The position numbers were made by a program, and so were the translations under genes. The notes under the pieces were generated by a model. That model worked only from the letters and a program-made list of their open reading frames with translations. It had not been told where the DNA came from and made no database searches. This document shows, piece by piece, positions 58,164 to 64,000 of a stretch of DNA of 64,000 nt; position 1 is the first letter of the stretch; each line of letters opens with the position of its first letter. Origin of the DNA: Armatimonadota bacterium (GTDB lineage Bacteria; Armatimonadota; SYMT01); the NCBI GenBank assembly GCA_041690135.1, contig JAWLHY010000001.1, positions 1,216,001 through 1,280,000 on the forward strand. The letters run 5' to 3'.

Positions 58164-60197
58164 TCAGCGCTTCTCCGTCTCGCATCCGCCACAGGACTGG
58201 GGCGCGGGGTGCTCCCGGGCCAGGAGGTCCAGGCTGAAGGCGGGGGGCCCGGTCAGGCGCACCCGCGCCGGGCCGGCCAACTCCTTCAGTTGTGGAATGT
58301 CGAACGCTTCGTAGAGACCGAAACAGAACACCTCCGGGGCCTGTACAAACGGCACGCCCCGGTCGAGGACCTCGCGGAAACTGCCGAGGGCCCCTTCCAA
58401 CTCCAGGCGCGCGATGGCTTCCCGCTCCAGGCCGCCCGCCACGAGGGCGGTGGTGGTGGTGCGCGGACCGGATGCGGCCAGGGTCACGCGTTGGCCACCG
58501 AACTCATTGCGTGCCCAGCGCGCGGTCGCCGTCACCTGCGCGGCCTGCAGTCCGAGCGGGCGCTCGCCCACGGTGCCGACCATCAATCCCCAGAGGTAGG
58601 AGCGGCGCGGGTCACCGGGAACCGCCTCACCCAGGTGGAGCGGGTCCAACGCCAGGACCCGGTTGCCCGCCGCCAATTGCCGACTTACCAGTTTCTCCGC
58701 CGATTTCCTCCCACCGTCTGCAAACACCATCGCGGTGCCCTTCGGCTGTCCCTGCGACAACTCCACGGCGGGAACGGTCCAGTCCTCCCCCATCCGGAGC
58801 TTCCAGTACACGGCGCGGATACCGTTCTTCGCCTCCTCCCCCACCTTCGTTGCCGTCACGGGGTAATCCCGGTAACGCACGATTCTCTCCAGCTTCGCCT
58901 GCGCCTTCGGGCGCTCCAGGTAGAGGGCGGGATAGCGGGGGAACTTCGCGCTGATCTCCAGGGACAGGGTGCGAAAGTCTTTGTTCCCCTCCGGAAGCGG
59001 AACGTTCAGTTGCTCGGGCGTCTTGATCTCCGGGTCGCTCGGAATCTCTTCCGCGCGATAGTCGCTCCGGCCGGTGTAGAAATGGTCACCCAACATCCGG
59101 TAGAGGGCCTGGCGGTTGTCCTGCAGGTAGTTGTGATCCCCGGGATTTTCGTTGACGTGGGAGCGGAGGTGCCCTTCCTTCCCATAGAGCTTGAAGATCG
59201 GGCCGGCGGCCTGCAGTAACGGCGGCAGCGCGTGCCCGGAAGCGAAGCAGCAGTTGTCCTTCAAGTTGTAGGTCAACAGGGTCGGCCGCGGCGCCATCAT
59301 CGCGGTCAGGTGGGCGTAGTCGGCCGTCTTGCCCAGGTCGCACGGCGTTTGCTCCGAGTCTCCCAGATCGGAGGCATGGCGCGTGCGGGTGAAGTAGCTG
59401 GAGTAGCCCGCTACCGGATCGGTCAGGGTAACACGCGGGTCCAGAGAGCTGATGAAGATGGTCTGCCATCCGCCTCCGGAGAGGCCGGTCACCGCCACCC
59501 GCTTCGGATCGGCGTGCTCCAGGGAGAGCAGCAGGTCCAGCCCGCGCTGCATTGCCAGGTAATGGGTGGCGATCCCGCCGGTCCCGCACAGGTCGAGACC
59601 GTTGATCAGCCCGTGGTTGTAGCCTTCCGTGCGAAGTTGGCCCATTCCGAACCACTCCACGTTCAGCGCGAGCATGCCGCGCTTCGCCTGGTTGATACAG
59701 CGGATCTGCTTGTAGCCGGCCGCCTTGCCCTGGCCGTCGTGGCCGTTCACGTTCAGGACCACCGGCACCTTACCCGAGAGGTTCTCGGGTTCGTAGAGCA
59801 GCGCCGGGATCCATACGCCCGGAAGCGCCTCATAGCGGACCTTGCGGATGCGGTAGCCCGGTCCCCCCTCCATCGTGTCGAGCCACTCCACGCGCGATCG
59901 CGCCTTTCGCCACCGTCGCGCCTCACCCCGGAAGATGACCTCGTTCAGCACTGCCTGGCGGATGCGCTCTCGCTCTTGCTCCCACTCCTTGCGGGTAGTC
60001 ACGGCGGGCATCTTTGCCAGCCGTGCCTCTACAAAGGTCCGGTTCTCCTGGAGGGCCTGATCCGTACCGAGGACCGGCCGGGCGAGGGCCGCCTGGAGAA
60101 AGCCCGGCTCCTGGGTATGAACGGGACGGGGAGAGATCGCGACCAGGCCGGCCAGTCCGGCGAAGAATAACCAGGGGGTGGGCTTCATCGGGGGCAT
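58164..60197 (-). CDS. Secreted acetylxylan-esterase-like alpha/beta hydrolase
   Basis: Signal peptide; PVVLNVNGH; DPKRVAVTGLSGGGWQT; MAPRPTL; second degenerate hydrolase domain. Confidence 0.85.
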   Translation of the reverse strand: MPPMKPTPWLFFAGLAGLVAISPRPVHTQEPGFLQAALARPVLGTDQALQENRTFVEARLAKMPAVTTRKEWEQERERIRQAVLNEVIFRGEARRWRKARSRVEWLDTMEGGPGYRIRKVRYEALPGVWIPALLYEPENLSGKVPVVLNVNGHDGQGKAAGYKQIRCINQAKRGMLALNVEWFGMGQLRTEGYNHGLINGLDLCGTGGIATHYLAMQRGLDLLLSLEHADPKRVAVTGLSGGGWQTIFISSLDPRVTLTDPVAGYSSYFTRTRHASDLGDSEQTPCDLGKTADYAHLTAMMAPRPTLLTYNLKDNCCFASGHALPPLLQAAGPIFKLYGKEGHLRSHVNENPGDHNYLQDNRQALYRMLGDHFYTGRSDYRAEEIPSDPEIKTPEQLNVPLPEGNKDFRTLSLEISAKFPRYPALYLERPKAQAKLERIVRYRDYPVTATKVGEEAKNGIRAVYWKLRMGEDWTVPAVELSQGQPKGTAMVFADGGRKSAEKLVSRQLAAGNRVLALDPLHLGEAVPGDPRRSYLWGLMVGTVGERPLGLQAAQVTATARWARNEFGGQRVTLAASGPRTTTTALVAGGLEREAIARLELEGALGSFREVLDRGVPFVQAPEVFCFGLYEAFDIPQLKELAGPARVRLTGPPAFSLDLLAREHPAPQSCGGCETEKR

Positions 60198-60396
60198 TCA
60201 CTTTCTACCGCAGCGGGACGCACTCCCTTGGGAGTTACACGGGCGTCGCACTCTCCCCTCTATCGACGCGAAGTTAGAAATGCTACAGTCGTTTCAGAAA
60301 CTCGACGGACAGGAAACAGGGAATAACGCGCCAGCCCGCGCTTCGCGGGCTGCATGCTAACGAACCCAGGCCTCCGGGTCTGGCAAGGAGGGAGAA

Positions 60397-60930
60397 ATGC
60401 CGGAAATCGATATTCAACGCCAGCCGCAGCGGTCCGTGCCGATCTGGCTGTGGATCGCCGGGGCGATCCTGGCGGCGCTTCTGATTTGGGGCCTCATCGA
60501 GGCGTTTGACAACGATCAGGCGACTGCACCACAGCAGCCCACCGAGCGGGTGGCCGGTGAGCGCGGCGAGATCGGGGCGCCGGAAGCCCTGCCTCTGGCC
60601 ACCATCGTGGGCACACCGAACGACTACTTCGGTAAGGATGTACGCGGAACCGCGACAGTTGCTGAAGTCACTTCCGATCGAGGGTTCTGGGTGGAGAACC
60701 AGGGCCAGCGGGCCTTCGTCGTCCTGGGTGAAGGGATGACGGAAAGGGATGTGAATATCACTCAAGGACAGCAGGTGCTGATCGAAGGCACCTACATGGA
60801 GAGCGCCAACATGGGCCAGGTGCCACAACTGGAGCAGGACGCGCAGAACGTCATCCAGGGAGAAACCGGGTTCATTCGGGCCAACAGTGTCGACATTCTG
60901 GAACAAAGGGGCCAGCAGCAGGCACAGTAG
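60397..60930 (+). CDS. Membrane-anchored hypothetical protein (OB-fold-like)
   Basis: AGGAGG RBS; TM IWLWIAGAILAALLIWGLI; acidic beta-rich domain. Confidence 0.75.
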   Translation: MPEIDIQRQPQRSVPIWLWIAGAILAALLIWGLIEAFDNDQATAPQQPTERVAGERGEIGAPEALPLATIVGTPNDYFGKDVRGTATVAEVTSDRGFWVENQGQRAFVVLGEGMTERDVNITQGQQVLIEGTYMESANMGQVPQLEQDAQNVIQGETGFIRANSVDILEQRGQQQAQ

Positions 60931-60966
60931 CCCGGAGCGTATCGGAAACGGCCTAGCAACGCCGTG

Positions 60967-61004
60967 CAAGAAGAAGGGCGGCCGGACGGCCGCCCTTCTT
61001 CTTG
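60967..61004. terminator. Bidirectional terminator
   Basis: Perfect 18-bp inverted repeat CAAGAAGAAGGGCGGCCG/CGGCCGCCCTTCTTCTTG between convergent genes. Confidence 0.75.
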
Positions 61005-61026
61005 TTCACCGCGATCCGGTTCCACG

Positions 61027-61224
61027 TTAGTCACCGAATTCGCCGAACTCCCGCTCTCCGTAGAACGGCCGGTATCCAGGTGCCCGGTAATAGGGACGCC
61101 GTTCGTATTCCTGCTCCATCCCGTACTCCGGGGCTTCTCTCGGCTCCATGTAGGCCGCTCGTTCGCAACCCATACTGAGACCGATGGTCAGCACCGCCAT
61201 GCTGAGTAATGCAACGTGTCGCAT
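61027..61224 (-). CDS. Small lipoprotein (65 aa)
   Basis: GGAGG RBS; signal with lipobox LSMGC; Tyr/Glu/Arg-rich mature part. Confidence 0.7.
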   Translation of the reverse strand: MRHVALLSMAVLTIGLSMGCERAAYMEPREAPEYGMEQEYERRPYYRAPGYRPFYGEREFGEFGD

Positions 61225-61478
61225 ACTTTCTTTCCTCCCTGTTGCGGGTGCAATGGTTTCCGCTGCGCACCCTTTGCTGTTTGGCCGCCTTTACCCGGGC
61301 GGTGGTGCCGCCAAACGAACCACCCAGGCGGCGCACCTGGAGACACGGCGGAGCGGCTTGGTTGTGCGACCGCAACTCGCCTGGCCGTTTCGTTTGAGGC
61401 CCCTATGACGTCGGGTAAGCCCGGGAAAGTGCCCCCGACCGAATCGAGCCGGCGGCTGGAAGCAAGGAGGATTTGGAA

Positions 61479-61859
61479 ATGAGTTGGAAGCGATGGATGA
61501 CCGGTACTGCGAGCACGATGATGGCCGCGTTCCTGTTGGTGGGCTGCGCCGAGCGCGCGGAGCTCGAGTCCGAGCCGACGCCGTTGGAGCCGGGGCGTGA
61601 AGTCGAGGTGGAACAGCCGGTCGGTGAGAACGTCGAGGACGTAGCCATCACCTCCAAGGTCAAGAGCGCGCTGATCGCCAGCCCGCAGGTGGGGGCGCTC
61701 TCCATTGGGGTGGACACCAGCCGGAACATCGTCACGTTGACGGGTACGGTGGAGACACAGGCGCAGAAGCGCGAGGCAGAGCAGATCGCTAAGGACATCG
61801 AGGGCGTCCAGGCGGTGGTGAACCAGATCGTGGTGCGCCCCGGCGCCGCTACCGAGTAG
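61479..61859 (+). CDS. BON domain lipoprotein (OsmY-like)
   Basis: Lipobox LVGC; DVAITSKVKSAL..IGVDT..VTLTGTV..AEQIAKDIEGVQAVVNQI. Confidence 0.9.
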   Translation: MSWKRWMTGTASTMMAAFLLVGCAERAELESEPTPLEPGREVEVEQPVGENVEDVAITSKVKSALIASPQVGALSIGVDTSRNIVTLTGTVETQAQKREAEQIAKDIEGVQAVVNQIVVRPGAATE

Positions 61860-61902
61860 CCCCTACGCGGGTCGCTCCGCGCATTGGATGACGAACAGGT
61901 AG

Positions 61903-61934
61903 AAAGAGGGTTCCGAAGGGGAACCCTCTTTTCT
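61903..61934. terminator. Intrinsic terminator
   Basis: AAAGAGGGTTCC/GGAACCCTCTTT stem with a T tract. Confidence 0.7.
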
Positions 61935-62102
61935 GTCACTATAAGGGGTGCCGTGCAAGTGTGGGCAAGTCTCCCGCAAGCATCGCCGCAGCCGCCGCGG
62001 GTGTGTTCCTGGCTCAACGCGCTCTGGGAGACGTTCCCTACAGGTACCGCTTTCGCAGGCTCGCTGGACGGGGCCCGGCCTACACCTTCAGATTTGCTCT
62101 CC

Positions 62103-63857
62103 TTACAGGCGCGGGGCGGCCGGCTTGTTGGGGGCATCCCAGGCGTTCGCGCCCTTCACGGCCAGCTTCCGGCTGTAGACCCGGTCCCCCGAAGTCACGA
62201 AGAGCGTATCGAAGCTCGGACCGCCGATCCGTACGCTCCCGGCGACTTCACCGGGGGTAGGGAAAATGCAGTTCACCCGGCCGGCCTGGTCACACACCTG
62301 AACCCCCAGGCTGGTCGCTACGTAAAGTCGTCCGTCGCGGTCCACGCACATCGCACCGGCGCCGCTGGCATCGGCGGTATCCGGCACGTGCAGCCAGTAG
62401 TACTCCTGCTTGTGACGGAGCGTACCATCCGGCTGGATCTGGTAGCTATAGACCCAATGGCTGTCGGCGTCGGCCACGTAAAGAAGCGTCTGGTCGGGGG
62501 AAAGGGTCACTCCCTGGGCTCGCTGCAGCCCCTTGTCCACCATTTTCTTCTCCCCGTCCGGGCGGACCAGCCACACGCGACTGTCCCCGGCTCCGCTCGG
62601 ACCAGCTTCGGTGACGTAGAGGTTGCCGTTGCTCGCCACCACCAGGTCGGTGCCGCGGATCCCGAAGGCGAGGGGCTTGACCTTTCCGGCTGTGTCCGTA
62701 ACGAGCACCTTGCCGTCGCCGGAGAGGGAATAGAGCCGTCCATCCGCGGCGTAGGCCTGTCCGGCGCCGACCCGCGCGCCGCCTGCCGCCGTGGCCGGTT
62801 TACCGTCCGGGCCGATCCGGTAACCATTGCCTTCGGCATCCGCAAAGAGCACTTCGCCCCTAGGGCTGACCGCCAGGGCACGCGCGGACCGGACCTTCTC
62901 CGCGACCGGCTGCCAGGCAGCGCCCTCGCCGAGGATGTCGTTCATCATCGTGTTCTTGGACTTGCCGGCTTTCACCGGTTCCGGCCAGCCCTTCCACAGC
63001 CAGCGCATCGCGTCCGGGAAAACGGCCGTGCCGTGCTGACCGTTGTGACCGCCTTCGCCCCAGACGTGGGTCACCTCATAGCCGCCCCAGGTGAGGGCGC
63101 GCTCCATCATCTGGTTCGCCATCCACCAGTCGCCGGCGTAGATGTTCAGGTCGTTGCTGCCGTCCTGGAGATAGACCCGCAGCGGCTTCGGCTCATACTT
63201 GCGGATCAGCGTGGGATAGCGGTCGGCGCCGCGCAGGCCTACGTAAGTGCCGATGGCGCTGAACACCCGGCTGAACTGATCGGGGCGCTCCCAGGCCGCG
63301 GTGAAGGCGCATACCGCTCCGCTGCTGGAGCCGCCGATGGCGCGATCGTTCGGGTTCTTGGAGATCCGGATCGCGCGACCGTCGGAGGTTTTCTTGGTCT
63401 CCACTTCCGGCAGGAGCTCCTCGACAAGGAACCGGGCGTACTTGTCGCCCAGCCCGTCGTACTCGTAGCTGCGGTTGAAGCGGTCCAGCGCCTTCTGCCC
63501 GTCCGCCGCCCGCACCCGCCCGTGCTGGACAAAGACGCCGATGGTGACCGGCATCTCCTTCTTGTGGATCAGGTTGTCGAAGACGACCGGAGCCTGCCAC
63601 TGGACCGCGTCCTGGTTGACGTAGAGGCAGGCCGGCTTGTCCGGACTATACTGGGCGGGAACGTAGACCCAGTAGTCGCGGTAGGTGCCGGGGAAGATCT
63701 TCGAGCGTTCGAACGAGAACTTGAGGACCTCCCCCTTGGGCACGCCGGGTTGCGGCTTGGAGTCGGCGGACAGGTCGTTCTGCGCCGTCGCTCGCGATAC
63801 GCCCAGTGTGAGTGCCAGGGGCAGGGCCAGGAAAGAAACCAACTGAAGTCGTGTCAT
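62103..63857 (-). CDS. Secreted Fes-like esterase fused to an SMP-30/gluconolactonase domain
   Basis: RDYWVYVPAQY; NRSYEYD; GGSSSGA; C-terminal propeller SPDQTLLYVAD..VDRDGRLYVAT. Confidence 0.88.
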   Translation of the reverse strand: MTRLQLVSFLALPLALTLGVSRATAQNDLSADSKPQPGVPKGEVLKFSFERSKIFPGTYRDYWVYVPAQYSPDKPACLYVNQDAVQWQAPVVFDNLIHKKEMPVTIGVFVQHGRVRAADGQKALDRFNRSYEYDGLGDKYARFLVEELLPEVETKKTSDGRAIRISKNPNDRAIGGSSSGAVCAFTAAWERPDQFSRVFSAIGTYVGLRGADRYPTLIRKYEPKPLRVYLQDGSNDLNIYAGDWWMANQMMERALTWGGYEVTHVWGEGGHNGQHGTAVFPDAMRWLWKGWPEPVKAGKSKNTMMNDILGEGAAWQPVAEKVRSARALAVSPRGEVLFADAEGNGYRIGPDGKPATAAGGARVGAGQAYAADGRLYSLSGDGKVLVTDTAGKVKPLAFGIRGTDLVVASNGNLYVTEAGPSGAGDSRVWLVRPDGEKKMVDKGLQRAQGVTLSPDQTLLYVADADSHWVYSYQIQPDGTLRHKQEYYWLHVPDTADASGAGAMCVDRDGRLYVATSLGVQVCDQAGRVNCIFPTPGEVAGSVRIGGPSFDTLFVTSGDRVYSRKLAVKGANAWDAPNKPAAPRL

Positions 63858-64000
63858 GGGTATGAACCGGGTCAAGGGACAGGGGAAAGGAGGAGTGGCG
63901 GAGAGCCATTCCACGTCGGGCTCGGGCGTGCCGATCCAACTCCGGATAGAAACCTTCTCCATCAGGGGCGCGAAGTCCTTACCACCGGAGGGGCGCGAGA

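Noticed and set aside
63858-64000. Frame stays open upstream of the esterase-lactonase to the window edge
   Set aside because: A clear signal peptide starts at ATG 63857; the extension has no support, though the window edge limits certainty.

Overview
GC-rich bacterial chromosomal window. The gene content (solo DUF1501 proteins, H-X9-DG prepilin-like proteins, Uma2 paralogues, many secreted hydrolases) suggests Armatimonadota or a similar lineage; this is inference only. About 50 CDS can be supported, including fbp, xylA, folK, panB, panC, nadC, a LarA-family racemase, a YmdB-like phosphoesterase, a GGDEF/HD-GYP protein, a PilZ protein and two PilC/GspF paralogues. I found no rRNA, tRNA or CRISPR array. 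The most unusual items are: (1) a coupled 85-aa plus 814-aa pair resembling a TFIIH p8/p52-like, XPB-associated module; (2) a tight 8-gene operon with an ABC exporter whose permease carries a Cys-less thioredoxin-fold domain, TPR/Ig-like partners and two orphan sugar permeases; (3) an RHH-sensor regulator divergent from a Cys-rich microprotein across a palindrome array; (4) a GH39-TPR protein with the NEP motif changed to DQP; (5) a MITE-like element with co-varying GCA-loop hairpins, an internally deleted ISAzo13 remnant and several REP-like repeats. All family calls come from motif recognition by eye; no searches were run.
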